Source: Gemmatimonadota bacterium (GTDB lineage Bacteria; Gemmatimonadota; Gemmatimonadetes; Longimicrobiales; Gaopeijiaceae). From it: a DNA stretch of 64,000 nucleotides. The stretch is from assembly GCA_034521595.1 (NCBI GenBank), contig JAXHMG010000003.1, forward strand, positions 704,001-768,000, given 5' to 3'. Positions 47,033 through 58,236 of the stretch are shown here, one piece after another; positions within the stretch are counted from its first letter, which is position 1, and each line of letters begins with the position of its first letter. Under the pieces are notes generated by a model. The model saw only the letters and a program-made list of their open reading frames with translations. It was not told the origin of the DNA and made no database searches. A program made the translations under genes and the position numbers.

Positions 47033-49678
47033 ATGCAGACCGCTCAGATCCGAAGCCGCTTCCTCGAATACTTCAGGGACCGGGGCCACACGGTGTGTCC
47101 TAGCTCCCCCTTGGTGCCGGCGGACGATCCGACGCTGTTGTTCACCAATGCGGGGATGGTGCAGTTCAAGCGCGTATTCCTCGGCCAGCATGATCCCGGC
47201 TTCACCCGAGCGGCTACCGCGCAGAAATGCGTGAGAGCCGGAGGCAAGCACAACGACCTTGAAGAGGTGGGCCGCACGGCACGACATCACACGTTCTTCG
47301 AGATGCTCGGCAACTTTTCGTTCGGGGACTACTTCAAGCGCGATGCGATCTGGTTCGCGTGGGAGTTGATGACGGACGTGTATGGCCTGGATCCGGAGCG
47401 GTTCTACGCGACCGTCCACCACTCGGACGACGAAGCCGCCGAGCTCTGGGCCCGTGAGATCGGCCTTCCGGACAACCGGATCTACCGTCTGGGAGACAAG
47501 GACAACTTTTGGCAGATGGCCGAGACGGGACCGTGTGGCCCGTGCTCCGAGCTGCACTACGATCTCCGCGAGAATCCCACGCCGGTCACGAGCACGGACG
47601 AGTTCGTCGAACTGAACGACGCGGGCACGATCATCGAGCTCTGGAACCTCGTCTTCATGCAGTTCGATCGTGACGAGGCGGGGACACTCACGCCTCTGCC
47701 CGCCCCCTGCGTCGATACGGGCGCCGGCTTGGAACGGATCGCCGCGGTCTTGCAGGAGGCGGACTCGAACTACCACACCGATGCGTTCCTCCCTCTCATC
47801 GAGAGAGTGGGAACGCTGGTTGGACGCGCCTACGAGGCCGAGTCGGAGGAAGGGGTCAGCTATCGTGTGTTGGCGGATCACGCGCGCGCTGTCGCATTTC
47901 TCTTGGCGGACGGCGTGTTCCCGTCGAGCGAAGGACGTGGGTACGTGCTCCGCAGGATTCTGCGGCGAGCCGTACGCCATGCGTGGCTGCTCGGGCGGCG
48001 AGAAGCCACGCTGGTCGGGGTCGTGGAGGCCGTGATCGACGGCATGGGGGTGGCCTACCCCGAGCTGGTGGAGAGGCGTGACCACCTGCTGCGCATCACC
48101 CGGACGGAAGAGGACCGCTTCCTGCAAACGATCGAAGGTGGCTTGGACCGTTTCTCGGAGCTGGCTGCCGGGGAGGGTGGTACGATCCCCGGAGACGAAG
48201 TTTTCAAGCTGTACGACACCTTCGGCTTCCCGTTGGACCTCACACAGGTGATGGCCGAGGAACGGGGGTATGTCGTGGATGTCGCGGGGTTCGAGTCCGC
48301 TCTCGAAGCACAGCGGGAACGGTCGCGCGCGGATCGGGCCATGTCGGATACCGGCCTCGCGGCCCATGAGGATCCGGATGCGTGGACCGAGCTCGCGAAC
48401 GAGCCGCAAACGTTCGTGGGGTACGATCACCTCCGGGTTCGGAGCCGGGTGCTGGCCTACCGCCTCGACGGGGACACGGGCGGTGTCGTGTTGGAGGAGA
48501 ACCCGTTCTACCTGGAGAGCGGCGGGCAGGTCTCGGATCGTGGCACGGTGCGTGGGGATGACTGGACGCTCGAGGTCTCGCACGTGGTGAGCATCGACGG
48601 ACGCACGGGCGTCGTCGGCACGCTGAGCGGGACGTTCCCTGCGGGCGCCACCGAGATCTGGGCGGAGGCGGAGGTGCCCGAAGACGTGCGACACGATACG
48701 GTGCGAAACCACACCGCGACCCACCTGCTCCACGCCGCCCTTCGCGAGGTATTGGGCGATCACGTGGTGCAGCGCGGATCGTTGGTCGCACCCGATCGCT
48801 TGCGCTTCGACTTCGCCCACCCCGCGCGACTGACCGAGGACGAGCGACGCCGTGTCGAGGACATCGTGAACCGACGGATCTGGGAGGATCATCCGGTCTC
48901 GATCGACTATCGCTCTTATCAAGACGCGGTGGCCGCGGGTGCGATGGCGCTGTTCGGGGAGAAGTACGGGGACGAGGTCCGGGTCGTCGACATTCCGAGT
49001 GTGAGCCTCGAGCTCTGCGGCGGAACCCATGCGCGGCACACGGGCGAGGTCGGCCTGTTCCGGATCGTGGGCGAGTCCGGTGTGGCTGCGGGCGTGCGTC
49101 GTATCGAGGCGCTCACGGGTCCCCAGGCCTTCCGACACCTCACCGAGCGTGAGCGAACCTTGGCTGCGGCGGCCGATCTCCTGCGAACGTCGCCGGACAA
49201 TATCACCGAGCGGGCGGAGGGACTGCTCGCGGAGAAGTCGGAGCTCGAGACCCTGTTGGCCGAGCTGAGGAGCGGAAGCGGTGGTGGCGCGGAGGACATG
49301 GTGAGAGCGTCCGTCGAGCTCGACGGTGGCGAGACGACCACGTATCGCGGGGTCCGCATGCGAGCACGGGACGCCGACGATGCCAGGAGTTGGGGCGACG
49401 CCTTCCTGGAAGCCGGCGAAAGCGGCGTCGCCGTCGTGGTCGCCGAGTTGCCGGAGGGGAAGCAAGCCCTGTTCGCGTTCGTTACCGATGACCTCATCTC
49501 GCGCGGTGTCCGCGCGGACGCCGTCGTCCGGGAGGTCGCGGCCGTCGTGGGGGGGCGGGGTGGTGGGCGCCCGCACATGGCGCAGGGCGGCGTGAACGAT
49601 CCTTCGAGGGTGGACGAGGCGCTCCGAACGGGGGGCGAGAAGGTCCAGGAATGGCTTCTCGGAACCACGGTGGAATGA
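47033..49678 (+). CDS. alaS: Alanine--tRNA ligase
   Basis: DPTLLFTNAGMVQFK, HHTFFEMLGNFSFGDYFK, NHTATHLLH, ELCGGTH, GGRGGGRPHMAQGG. Confidence 0.99.
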   Translation: MQTAQIRSRFLEYFRDRGHTVCPSSPLVPADDPTLLFTNAGMVQFKRVFLGQHDPGFTRAATAQKCVRAGGKHNDLEEVGRTARHHTFFEMLGNFSFGDYFKRDAIWFAWELMTDVYGLDPERFYATVHHSDDEAAELWAREIGLPDNRIYRLGDKDNFWQMAETGPCGPCSELHYDLRENPTPVTSTDEFVELNDAGTIIELWNLVFMQFDRDEAGTLTPLPAPCVDTGAGLERIAAVLQEADSNYHTDAFLPLIERVGTLVGRAYEAESEEGVSYRVLADHARAVAFLLADGVFPSSEGRGYVLRRILRRAVRHAWLLGRREATLVGVVEAVIDGMGVAYPELVERRDHLLRITRTEEDRFLQTIEGGLDRFSELAAGEGGTIPGDEVFKLYDTFGFPLDLTQVMAEERGYVVDVAGFESALEAQRERSRADRAMSDTGLAAHEDPDAWTELANEPQTFVGYDHLRVRSRVLAYRLDGDTGGVVLEENPFYLESGGQVSDRGTVRGDDWTLEVSHVVSIDGRTGVVGTLSGTFPAGATEIWAEAEVPEDVRHDTVRNHTATHLLHAALREVLGDHVVQRGSLVAPDRLRFDFAHPARLTEDERRRVEDIVNRRIWEDHPVSIDYRSYQDAVAAGAMALFGEKYGDEVRVVDIPSVSLELCGGTHARHTGEVGLFRIVGESGVAAGVRRIEALTGPQAFRHLTERERTLAAAADLLRTSPDNITERAEGLLAEKSELETLLAELRSGSGGGAEDMVRASVELDGGETTTYRGVRMRARDADDARSWGDAFLEAGESGVAVVVAELPEGKQALFAFVTDDLISRGVRADAVVREVAAVVGGRGGGRPHMAQGGVNDPSRVDEALRTGGEKVQEWLLGTTVE

Positions 49679-49968
49679 CGGAAGATCTGGAGGGCTGGAT
49701 CGCGGCTCGGACGCCGCCGGCCGTCATGCCGTTGGGTCGGTGGGTCTCGCGATCGCCCGACGCGGCGAGCGATCGCGTAGGCGTGCTGACGGAGCTCGCG
49801 GTGGGCGCGCTCCAGACGGCGCGTGCCCATCCCGGTCGGGTCCGAGAGAGTGCGTTCGACCTCTTGGCCGCCGACGCCTTGCTGACGTACGCCTGCGAGG
49901 CGGCGCTGGAGTCCGCGGATGCCGAAGGCTCTCTTCTACGTATCTTGCGAAGGGCGTGCGCGGGGTGA
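49675..49968 (+). CDS. Small hypothetical protein
   Basis: 97 aa; ATGA/GTGA overlaps with alaS and the next gene; RESAFDLLAADALLTYACE. Confidence 0.65.
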   Translation: MTEDLEGWIAARTPPAVMPLGRWVSRSPDAASDRVGVLTELAVGALQTARAHPGRVRESAFDLLAADALLTYACEAALESADAEGSLLRILRRACAG

Positions 49969-50795
49969 ATGACCGGGATCTCACGTCGCTCGTCGATCTC
50001 CACAACCACCTCGTGCCGGGTGTAGACGACGGAGCCCGCGACCTGCCCGCGGTGCTGGAGTCCGTGGAGCGGATGGCGCGAGCCGGCATTCGCAAGATCG
50101 TTGCCACGCCGCACATTCGCGCAGGGTTGACCCTCGACCCCCCCGGGCTCAGACACCGCCTGGACGAAGTGCAACGGGCGTGGGAGCAAGCGGCCGAGGC
50201 GATCGGCCGGGCCTTCCCCGAGATCGAGTATCGGCAGGGGCACGAGGTGATGTTGGACGTCCCGGATCCGACGTTCTCCGATCCCCGCATCCGGATGGCG
50301 GGCACCGACTTCGTGCTGGTCGAGTGGCCGCGGATGCACATCCCTCCGGCGACGACGCGTGTGCTCGAGAACATCGTGGCCGCGGGGTACCGACCGATCG
50401 TCGCGCACCCGGAGCGGTACGCGGGCATGGGCGAGGCGACGGAACTCGTCGGCTCGTGGCGCCAGGCCGGGGCCGCGCTTCAAGTGAACTACGGCTCTTT
50501 CGTGGGACGGTACGGCTCGGACGCACGGACGAACGCGTTCCGCCTCCTTCGGCGGGGTTGGGCGGACTATCTTTCGACGGACTTCCACGGGCGTTCGAAT
50601 CTGAAGCTTTACAAGGACGAGGCGTGGGCGGTGCTCGAGGAGCTCGGCGCTCGGGAAGCGCTGACCACGCTCTGTGTGACCAATCCCGAACGGCTCCTCC
50701 GAAACGAGGCTCCATTGCCCGTGCAACCCTTACCGGCCGAGCGTGGTATCTGGAGCCGTATCAAGGACGCGATGCGTTCGGAGGGGGCCTCGTGA
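49965..50795 (+). CDS. CpsB/CapC-type PHP protein-tyrosine phosphatase
   Basis: [36 protein letters not shown]. Confidence 0.9.
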   Translation: MNDRDLTSLVDLHNHLVPGVDDGARDLPAVLESVERMARAGIRKIVATPHIRAGLTLDPPGLRHRLDEVQRAWEQAAEAIGRAFPEIEYRQGHEVMLDVPDPTFSDPRIRMAGTDFVLVEWPRMHIPPATTRVLENIVAAGYRPIVAHPERYAGMGEATELVGSWRQAGAALQVNYGSFVGRYGSDARTNAFRLLRRGWADYLSTDFHGRSNLKLYKDEAWAVLEELGAREALTTLCVTNPERLLRNEAPLPVQPLPAERGIWSRIKDAMRSEGAS

Positions 50796-51373
50796 ACGCC
50801 GACGCGCATCCCCTGATCCGGGCGGCGCTCGACGCGCACGCCGAGCTTGCGCGGCTCGTCGCCCATGAACTGGCGGACGAGATCGAACGCCTGGCCGCAT
50901 GGAGCGAGGAGACGTTGGAGCAGGGAGGAACGCTCCTCTTCTGTGGAAACGGAGGCTCGGCCGCGGACGCGCAGCACCTGGCCGCCGAGTACGTTGTCCG
51001 GTTCGAGCGCGAGCGCCGGGCGCTGGCGGCCCTGGCCCTGACGACCGACACATCGGTCCTGACCGCGGGTGGAAACGACTACGGTTTCGACTCGGTCTTC
51101 GAGCGGCAGGTTCGCGGGTTGGCGAAGGCGGGGGATTTGCTGGTGCTCCACTCGACGAGCGGCGGCTCGGAGAATTTGATCAGGGCCGCGCGCGCCGCGC
51201 GTGAGAAGGACGTGCGTACCGTCGGCTTGCTGGCGAAGGGAGGGGGACGGTTGAAGGACGAAGTGGATCTCGCCCTGGTGATCCCCACCGATTCGACGGC
51301 ACGGGCACAGGAGATCCACCTGACCATCGGGCACATCGTGTGCGACCTGGTGGAGTCGGCCTTCACGGGGTGA
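50792..51373 (+). CDS. gmhA: Phosphoheptose (sedoheptulose-7-phosphate) isomerase
   Basis: [38 protein letters not shown]. Confidence 0.95.
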   Translation: MNADAHPLIRAALDAHAELARLVAHELADEIERLAAWSEETLEQGGTLLFCGNGGSAADAQHLAAEYVVRFERERRALAALALTTDTSVLTAGGNDYGFDSVFERQVRGLAKAGDLLVLHSTSGGSENLIRAARAAREKDVRTVGLLAKGGGRLKDEVDLALVIPTDSTARAQEIHLTIGHIVCDLVESAFTG

Positions 51374-51377
51374 GCGC

Positions 51378-52742
51378 GTGAGCGGCGGGAACGGAGACAC
51401 GGGTGACCGCGCCAAGGGCGTGCTCGGAGAGTACCGCGACGCTTCCCAGCGCATGGCGCTCGAGGCACCTGCCGCGGTCCGTTGGATCGCCCGGACCCTG
51501 GAGGCCGAGGGGTTCGAAACGTGGGCGGTCGGAGGCGCCGTCCGTGACGCGTTGCTCGGACATCCCTCCGGAGACTGGGACCTCGCCACGAGGGCTCGTC
51601 CCGAGGACATGGTTCGAATCTTCAAGCGCACCGTACCGATCGGAATCGATCACGGCACGGTCGGCGTGTTGGCCCGGGACGGGCAGATGTACGAGGTGAC
51701 CACCTTCCGGCACGACGTCGAGACCGACGGGAGGCATGCGGTCGTCTCGTTCGCGGACCGAATCGAAGACGACTTGGCACGGCGTGACTTCACCATCAAC
51801 GCGATCGCTTGGCATCCCGGCTCGGAGCACCTGCTCGATCCGTTCGGGGGACGACGAGATCTGGCCAGCCGGGTGTTGCGAACCGTCGGCGATCCGGCGG
51901 AGCGCTTCCGTGAGGACCACCTTCGCGTATTGCGCGCTTTCCGTTTCGCGGGACGGTTCGGCTTGCGGGTCGAAACGGGCACGTGGACGGCGTTACGGTC
52001 CGTGACCGAAGAGCTGCGGCATCTTTCCGCGGAGCGGATCCGTGACGAGCTGTTGAAGGTGCTCGAGGCCGATCCATGTCCCTCCACGGCGCTCGAGCTC
52101 TACCGGACGTCGGGCGCGCTCGCCGTTCTCTACCCGGAGCTCGCGATGCTCACGGGCTCGCATGAGGTCGGCACGTCAACGAGCCCGTGGGACCGCGCAT
52201 GCGCTACCGTGGACGCTCTTCCACGGGGGCGTCCGATCCTGAGGCTGGCTGGCTTGCTGAGTGGTATGGAGCCGGAGCGGGTGGCCGCCGTGCTCATCCG
52301 GCTGCGCCTTTCGAATCAACAGGTGGAACGGGTGTCCCGTGTCGCCTCAGCGCCTCATCTTCCCCCTTCGGATGCGCCGGACGCCGACTTTCGGCGTTGG
52401 CTCAGTCGCACGGGGCGTGACTTCTGGAACGGCGCGGTGCGGGTGCAACTCGCTCGGGCGCGGGCCGGCAACCAGGAGGGGGCGGCTCGACACACCCGGC
52501 CGGCAGAACTGCTGGAGGCGTGGCGGCGTGCGCGTCGCGTCCGGGACCAGGAACCTCCGCTCGAGGTCGGGGATCTCGCTCTGGACGGAAGGAGCTTGAT
52601 CGCTCTGGGCTTGAAACCGGGGCCGCGGTTCGGGGCCATCCTCGACGATCTCCTCGAGTGGGTACTCGAAGATCCCGAGCGGAACCGAGAGGAGCGACTG
52701 GTGGAGCGGGTATTGGCGTCGGGAGGGGGGCACGGTGCGTGA
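51378..52742 (+). CDS. cca: CCA tRNA nucleotidyltransferase/poly(A) polymerase family
   Basis: VGGAVRD, DWDLAT, EVTTFR, DLARRDFTINA, EDHLRVLRAFRF. Confidence 0.9.
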   Translation: MSGGNGDTGDRAKGVLGEYRDASQRMALEAPAAVRWIARTLEAEGFETWAVGGAVRDALLGHPSGDWDLATRARPEDMVRIFKRTVPIGIDHGTVGVLARDGQMYEVTTFRHDVETDGRHAVVSFADRIEDDLARRDFTINAIAWHPGSEHLLDPFGGRRDLASRVLRTVGDPAERFREDHLRVLRAFRFAGRFGLRVETGTWTALRSVTEELRHLSAERIRDELLKVLEADPCPSTALELYRTSGALAVLYPELAMLTGSHEVGTSTSPWDRACATVDALPRGRPILRLAGLLSGMEPERVAAVLIRLRLSNQQVERVSRVASAPHLPPSDAPDADFRRWLSRTGRDFWNGAVRVQLARARAGNQEGAARHTRPAELLEAWRRARRVRDQEPPLEVGDLALDGRSLIALGLKPGPRFGAILDDLLEWVLEDPERNREERLVERVLASGGGHGA

Positions 52743-54102
52743 GCCCGATCTGTTCGGCGGCGGCGCCGCAGGTGAAAGCGAACGGAGCGAGCTCGGGAAC
52801 GTGGATCCCTCCGCACCGCTCGCGGCCCGGATGCGCCCGCGCACGATCGACGAGTTCCGCGGGCAGAGCCACCTCCTGGGTGAGGGTCGGGCGATTCGGT
52901 CGATGCTGGAGAGCGGTCAACCCGGGAGCATGATACTGTGGGGGCCTCCGGGGAGCGGAAAGACCACGCTTGCCCGGATCGTCGCCGCCGAGACGGGGAT
53001 GACCTTCGTTCCCCTGAGCGCGGTCTCCGAGGGAATAACGCGCGTTCGCCAGATCATGACCGAAGCGAGCGAGCGTCTGCGAGCGACCGGACGGCGCACG
53101 GTCCTCTTCTGCGACGAGATCCATCGATTCAACAAGGCCCAGCAGGACGCGTTTCTTCCTCACGTGGAGGCAGGCACCGTCGTTCTTGTCGGGGCGACCA
53201 CGGAAAACCCGTCGTTCGAAGTCGTTCGGCCGCTCCTTTCCCGGGCACCGGTCTATGTGCTCGAGCCCCTCTCGGGCGAAGACATCCGGGCGATCCTGGA
53301 CGAGGCCCTGTTCGACGAGGAACGCGGCTTGGGGATGATCGGGATCGACGCTGATGCGGCGGCTCTCGACTTTCTCGCCGAAGCCGCGGACGGAGACGCT
53401 CGCCGCGCCCTGGGGGCTCTCGAGGCGGCCGCGAGGCTAGCGGAGCAGGAGGGAACGATCGATGCGGAGAGCGCCCGTGAAGCCCTGCAATACCGGTTCG
53501 CGGCGTACGACAAGACCGGCGAAGAGCACTACAACCTCGTCTCCGCCCTACACAAGGCGATTCGCGGCAGCGACCCCGACGGAGCGCTCTATTGGCTCGC
53601 CCGGATGATGGAAGGCGGGGAAGATCCGCTCTACGTAAGTCGCAGGCTGGTCCGCATGGCAGCAGAGGATATCGGGCTCGCGGATCCGGCGGCCTTGGAG
53701 GTGACCGTAGCAGCACGTGACGCTTACCAGTTCTTGGGATCTCCCGAAGGGGACCTGGGGCTCGCCGAAGCGGTGATCTACCTGGCGACCGCGCCGAAGT
53801 CCAACGCTCTCTACGAGGCTTGGGGAGCGGCACTGGAGGCCGCGCGCGCCACGCCGGCGGCACCTGTGCCCCTGCACATCCGCAACGCGCCGACCGGCCT
53901 CATGAAGGATTTGGGATATGGCCAGGGGTACGTATACGACCCCGCCACCGAGCACGGCGTGGCCGACCAAGGCTACCTACCGTCGGGATTGGAGGAGGTA
54001 CGTTTCTACCGGCCCGGACGCTTCGGTTTCGAGAAGACGATCGGCAAGCGGCTCGAGTGGTGGGCACGGCACCGGCAATCGGGTGATCAAGGGGACGAGT
54101 GA
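52735..54102 (+). CDS. rarA: Replication-associated recombination protein A (MgsA/RarA)
   Basis: PLAARMRP, WGPPGSGKTT, DEIHRFNKAQQD, GATTENP, SALHKAIRGSD. Confidence 0.95.
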   Translation: MREPDLFGGGAAGESERSELGNVDPSAPLAARMRPRTIDEFRGQSHLLGEGRAIRSMLESGQPGSMILWGPPGSGKTTLARIVAAETGMTFVPLSAVSEGITRVRQIMTEASERLRATGRRTVLFCDEIHRFNKAQQDAFLPHVEAGTVVLVGATTENPSFEVVRPLLSRAPVYVLEPLSGEDIRAILDEALFDEERGLGMIGIDADAAALDFLAEAADGDARRALGALEAAARLAEQEGTIDAESAREALQYRFAAYDKTGEEHYNLVSALHKAIRGSDPDGALYWLARMMEGGEDPLYVSRRLVRMAAEDIGLADPAALEVTVAARDAYQFLGSPEGDLGLAEAVIYLATAPKSNALYEAWGAALEAARATPAAPVPLHIRNAPTGLMKDLGYGQGYVYDPATEHGVADQGYLPSGLEEVRFYRPGRFGFEKTIGKRLEWWARHRQSGDQGDE

Positions 54103-54180
54103 CGCCCACGGGTTCCCAACCGCGGTGGGCGTCGGAATCGGGTTCTGCCCGGAGGAACGGTTGGCTATGCTTGTGAAGCG

Positions 54181-55533
54181 GTGGCCAGCACAGTCGTTAT
54201 GCCGCCACGTGTCCTTCGAGAGGTACTTCGGATTCCCACTCAGCTGATCGATCTCCGCACCCCCGTGGACCGAGCCGTCTTGGTCGGCGCGCCCGTGCAG
54301 GAAACGGATGCGCGCTTCGTGGACGAGCATCTGGCGGAGCTCGGGCACCTGACCGACACGGCCGGGGGCGAGGTCGTCGCGACCCTCGTGCAACGGCTCG
54401 ACCACCCTCAGCCGCGCTATTACATCGGGACGGGTAAGGCGCGGCAGTTGGCGCAGATCGTGCGTGAACGGGAAGCCAACCTCGTCATCTTCGACGAGGA
54501 GTTGAGCCCGGCCCAGGGGAAGAACTTGGAAGAGTTGCTGGAGGTCCGCGTCATGGACCGGTCCGAGCTTATCCTCGACATCTTCGCGACCCGGGCACGC
54601 TCCAAAGAAGCCCGCATGCAAGTCGAGCTGGCGCAGCTCCAGTACCTCCTCCCGAGGCTTCGACGGATGTGGAACCACCTATCACGCATTCGCGGCGGGA
54701 TCGGGCTGCGTGGGCCGGGAGAGACACAGCTCGAGACCGACCGCCGGCTGATCGGCACCCGGATCGCGGACCTTCGGAACAAGCTGCGAACGGTCGGGAA
54801 GGCCCGGGAGACGCAACGCAAGGCACGCGAAGGACAGTTCCGCGCTGCGCTGGTAGGCTATACGAATGCCGGGAAGTCTTCGTTGCTCCGGGCTCTCTCG
54901 GGCTCGAAGCTCTTCGTTGAAGACCGCCTTTTCGCGACCCTGGATTCGGCCACGCGCTCGGTCGATATCGGGAGCGGATACGAGGTCCTCGTTACGGACA
55001 CGGTGGGGTTCATTCGGAAGCTCCCCCACCACCTCGTGGCGTCGTTCCGTTCGACCTTGGAGGAGGCGCGCGAAGCGGACGTGCTCCTCCACGTCATCGA
55101 TGCGTCGCACTCCGACTGGGAGGAGCAACGAGCCGTGGTGGACAGCGTGCTCGAGGAGCTCGGGCTCGAGCATCGGGCCGATATCCTCGTGTTCAACAAG
55201 ATGGATCTCGTCCCCCCTGCGGAGGAGGACGCGCTGCGGGCGAGGATCCGGGCCCTGGAATCCACGCCGGCGGTGTTCGTTTCCGCGCGAGAGGAGGAGT
55301 CGCTGGACGATCTTCGGGAAACGCTGAGGGCCCGCGCACGGGCCGCCCTTTCCCGTGTACGCGTCGAGCTCGGGGCCGGAGACGGGGAGGCCATCGCCGC
55401 GCTCCACCGGGAGGCGGAGGTCATCGAGCATTCGGGTGAGGGTGCGCGCATGCGATTCGAGGCGCGGGTGCCGGAATCGCTTCTCGGATGGCTTTCCTCG
55501 CGTGCCGACGTCACCGTCGAGGTCATGGATTGA
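54181..55533 (+). CDS. hflX: GTPase HflX
   Basis: GPGETQLETDRR, GYTNAGKS, LFATLD, DTVGFI, NKMD; start uncertain. Confidence 0.95.
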   Translation: MASTVVMPPRVLREVLRIPTQLIDLRTPVDRAVLVGAPVQETDARFVDEHLAELGHLTDTAGGEVVATLVQRLDHPQPRYYIGTGKARQLAQIVREREANLVIFDEELSPAQGKNLEELLEVRVMDRSELILDIFATRARSKEARMQVELAQLQYLLPRLRRMWNHLSRIRGGIGLRGPGETQLETDRRLIGTRIADLRNKLRTVGKARETQRKAREGQFRAALVGYTNAGKSSLLRALSGSKLFVEDRLFATLDSATRSVDIGSGYEVLVTDTVGFIRKLPHHLVASFRSTLEEAREADVLLHVIDASHSDWEEQRAVVDSVLEELGLEHRADILVFNKMDLVPPAEEDALRARIRALESTPAVFVSAREEESLDDLRETLRARARAALSRVRVELGAGDGEAIAALHREAEVIEHSGEGARMRFEARVPESLLGWLSSRADVTVEVMD

Positions 55534-56402
55534 TGTCGTCGGTGACGATCGTCGGACCGGGCCGCATGGGGCTGGCGCTCGCCACGGCGCTGAGTCAGAG
55601 CGACCACCTCTCGGGCGTCACGGTGTTCGGGCGCCACCCCGATCCGCCGGAGCATCCGGTGTTCGCTGCCGAAGAGGTCCGGTACGCGTTCGGCATGGAA
55701 GAGATCGCCGGAGACTGCATCGCCGTGTTTCTGGCCGTTCCGGATGCAGCCGTGCCGGAAGTAGCGCATCAGGTCGCCGTTCAGGGAGCCGCGCCCGACG
55801 GCTGCGCCGCTTTTCACCTTTCCGGAGCCCTTCCGACCGACGTGCTGGCGCCGCTTCATGCGGCGGGCTACACGGTCGGCACGTTCCATCCTTGGATCGT
55901 CGTGGGACGCTCGTCGCCGAGGGCGGACGCTTTCGTCGATGCGAGGGTGAGCGTGACAGCGTCCCTCGAAGCGACGAGGATCGCTCGGGATGTCGCGTCG
56001 TCCGTGGGCGCCCAGGTCCTCACGGTGCCCGCCGCTCGCCGCCCGATGTCCGACGCGGCGGTGGCCATGATGTCGGCCTACCTTCCCGTGATGCTCGACG
56101 TGGTGGTACCCCTGTTCGAAGAGGCCGGAATCCCCACCGAGGAGGTGCTGCCGGCGCTCCTTCCATTGTGGCGGAGCGTGCTACTGGAGGTAGAGCGCGC
56201 GGGTGTGGCCGAGACGCTCGCGACCGTCCTCGAAAGGACGGATCCCGAGGCTGTCGGCGTTCATCTCAGGGTGTTGGAAGGTGAGGACCGCAGGCTCTAT
56301 ACGTGGCTGGGACGGCGGGCCCTGACGCGAGCCGTAGCGGGGTTGAATCAGGACGAGCGAAGTGCGCTCCTGTCACATTTTGAAAAAGCTTTCGGGGAGT
56401 GA
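55533..56402 (+). CDS. Rossmann-like + DUF2520 domain oxidoreductase
   Basis: [23 protein letters not shown]. Confidence 0.75.
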   Translation: MSSVTIVGPGRMGLALATALSQSDHLSGVTVFGRHPDPPEHPVFAAEEVRYAFGMEEIAGDCIAVFLAVPDAAVPEVAHQVAVQGAAPDGCAAFHLSGALPTDVLAPLHAAGYTVGTFHPWIVVGRSSPRADAFVDARVSVTASLEATRIARDVASSVGAQVLTVPAARRPMSDAAVAMMSAYLPVMLDVVVPLFEEAGIPTEEVLPALLPLWRSVLLEVERAGVAETLATVLERTDPEAVGVHLRVLEGEDRRLYTWLGRRALTRAVAGLNQDERSALLSHFEKAFGE

Positions 56403-56403
56403 G

Positions 56404-57138
56404 ATGAGAGTTTGCGTGAACATCGACCACGTTGCGACCGTGCGGCAGGCGCGGCGCACGGACGAGCCCGACCCGGTGAGGGCCGCCGTCCTGGTGGAGT
56501 TGGGAGGTGCGGACGGGATCACCGTTCACCTGCGCGAGGATCGGAGGCACATGCAGGACCGCGATGTCCGCCTCCTGATGGAGACCGTGCGCACCGGCGT
56601 CAACCTCGAGCTCGCGGCGGCGTCCGAGATCCTGGAGATCGCCTGTGAGTTACGGCCGTACCAGGCCACGCTCGTCCCCGAGAAGCGTGAGGAGGTCACG
56701 ACGGAAGGGGGGCTGGACCTGACGACGGAGGCAGCCCGCGAGGGGCCGCGTCGGGCCCTCCGCCGCCTGAGCGATGCGGGTGTGCGCACCTCGCTTTTCG
56801 TGGATCCGGATGAAGACTCCGTGCGCGCTTCGGCCGATCTCGGCCCGGATGCCGTCGAGCTGCATACGGGAGAGTACGCGAACGCCGCTACCGGCGACGA
56901 CCGCGAGGCTCAGCTCGAGCGCCTGACCGCGGCCGCCGCGCTGGCACGGGAGCTCGGACTCGGTGTTAACGCCGGCCACGGCCTCACGTACGAGAACGTG
57001 GGACCCGTGGCGGAGATCGAAGAGATCGGAGAGCTGAACATCGGCCACAGCATCGTGTCCCGTGCGATGTTCTGCGGCATCGAGCAGGCGGTGCGCGAGA
57101 TGCTGGAGCGGGTGCGTCGGAGCCGACGGATCCGGTGA
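56404..57138 (+). CDS. pdxJ: Pyridoxine 5'-phosphate synthase
   Basis: [49 protein letters not shown]. Confidence 0.97.
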   Translation: MRVCVNIDHVATVRQARRTDEPDPVRAAVLVELGGADGITVHLREDRRHMQDRDVRLLMETVRTGVNLELAAASEILEIACELRPYQATLVPEKREEVTTEGGLDLTTEAAREGPRRALRRLSDAGVRTSLFVDPDEDSVRASADLGPDAVELHTGEYANAATGDDREAQLERLTAAAALARELGLGVNAGHGLTYENVGPVAEIEEIGELNIGHSIVSRAMFCGIEQAVREMLERVRRSRRIR

Positions 57139-58235
57139 AGCACTGGGGCAAAGCCCTGCTGGGGCTGGTCATCACGGTGCTGCTCCTCTGGTGGGCGCTC
57201 TCCGGGGTGGCTTTCGGCGAAGTCTGGGCGAACATCCGACGGGGAAACTTGTGGCTCCTCGGCGCCTCGGTCGTCGTGGCGACGTCCGGGTTCTTCATCC
57301 GCGCGCTGCGCTGGCACGTGTTGCTGGTGCCGGTGAAAGCCGATACCAGGCTGCGGTCGCGCTTCGCCGGTGTGTCGATCGGCTTCATGGCCAACAACAT
57401 CTTTCCGGCGAGGGTGGGGGAGTTCGCTAGGGCGTATACGTTCAGTCGCATGGAGCCGGTGAGCGCTTCGGCCGCGTTCGGATCGCTCGTCATCGAGCGG
57501 CTCATGGACGGCATCATCCTCCTCGCCTTTCTCGTGTGGCCGGTGCTCACCCCGGGCTTCCCCGTGGCCGGGGCGCTTTCGGAAGGGTGGGGAAGCGCGC
57601 TCCTCCGAGCCGGCTTCATCGGCATCGCGGCCGTGCTCGGGGTCATGATATGGCTTTCCGTCTGGCCCCGGCCTTTCGTTCGGACCGTCGAGTGGGTGGC
57701 GAAATTCCTGCCGCACGCGGTCGCGCGTCCGCTCGTGGATTCCCTCGAGGCGTTCCTCGACTCGGTGGCGATCCTGCGACGCCCGCGCCTGCTCCTCGCG
57801 GGCGCGCTGTGGTCCCTGTTCTTTTGGACCTGGCACGGGCTTTCGTTCTGGCTCGGCCTGCTCGCCTTCGGCATCGATACGGGCTTCGTGTCGGCGATCT
57901 TTACCGAGGCGGTGGTCGGCTTCGGCGTCGCGATCCCGTCCGCTCCGGGCTTCTTCGGCACGTTCCACGCCGCGGCGAAGTTCGCGCTCAGCGACATCTA
58001 CGCCGTCCCCGAAGCCCAGGCCCTGGCCTTTGCGTTCGGGTATCATTTCGGTGGTTGGCTTCCGATCACTCTGATCGGGCTGTGGTACGCGTGGCGCCTC
58101 GGGCTCTCCATCGGGGAGGTGGGCACGGCCGCCGAACGGGTCGAGGAAGAGGTCGAGGGGGCTCACCCCGGAGCTTTGAACGGGGAGATGCGCCATGTGG
58201 GGACGGGGGGAGAGCCCCCCCATTCGGGAGGCTGA
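57135..58235 (+). CDS. Lysylphosphatidylglycerol-synthase TM domain (flippase-like) membrane protein
   Basis: [34 protein letters not shown]. Confidence 0.85.
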   Translation: MKHWGKALLGLVITVLLLWWALSGVAFGEVWANIRRGNLWLLGASVVVATSGFFIRALRWHVLLVPVKADTRLRSRFAGVSIGFMANNIFPARVGEFARAYTFSRMEPVSASAAFGSLVIERLMDGIILLAFLVWPVLTPGFPVAGALSEGWGSALLRAGFIGIAAVLGVMIWLSVWPRPFVRTVEWVAKFLPHAVARPLVDSLEAFLDSVAILRRPRLLLAGALWSLFFWTWHGLSFWLGLLAFGIDTGFVSAIFTEAVVGFGVAIPSAPGFFGTFHAAAKFALSDIYAVPEAQALAFAFGYHFGGWLPITLIGLWYAWRLGLSIGEVGTAAERVEEEVEGAHPGALNGEMRHVGTGGEPPHSGG

Positions 58236-58236
58236 A

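Noticed and set aside
46802-49576. Very long antisense ORFs (924 aa opposite alaS, 592 aa opposite glmS, 488 aa opposite glpK, and others)
   Set aside because: Expected shadow ORFs in high-GC DNA; they have no recognisable motifs and lie opposite well-identified genes
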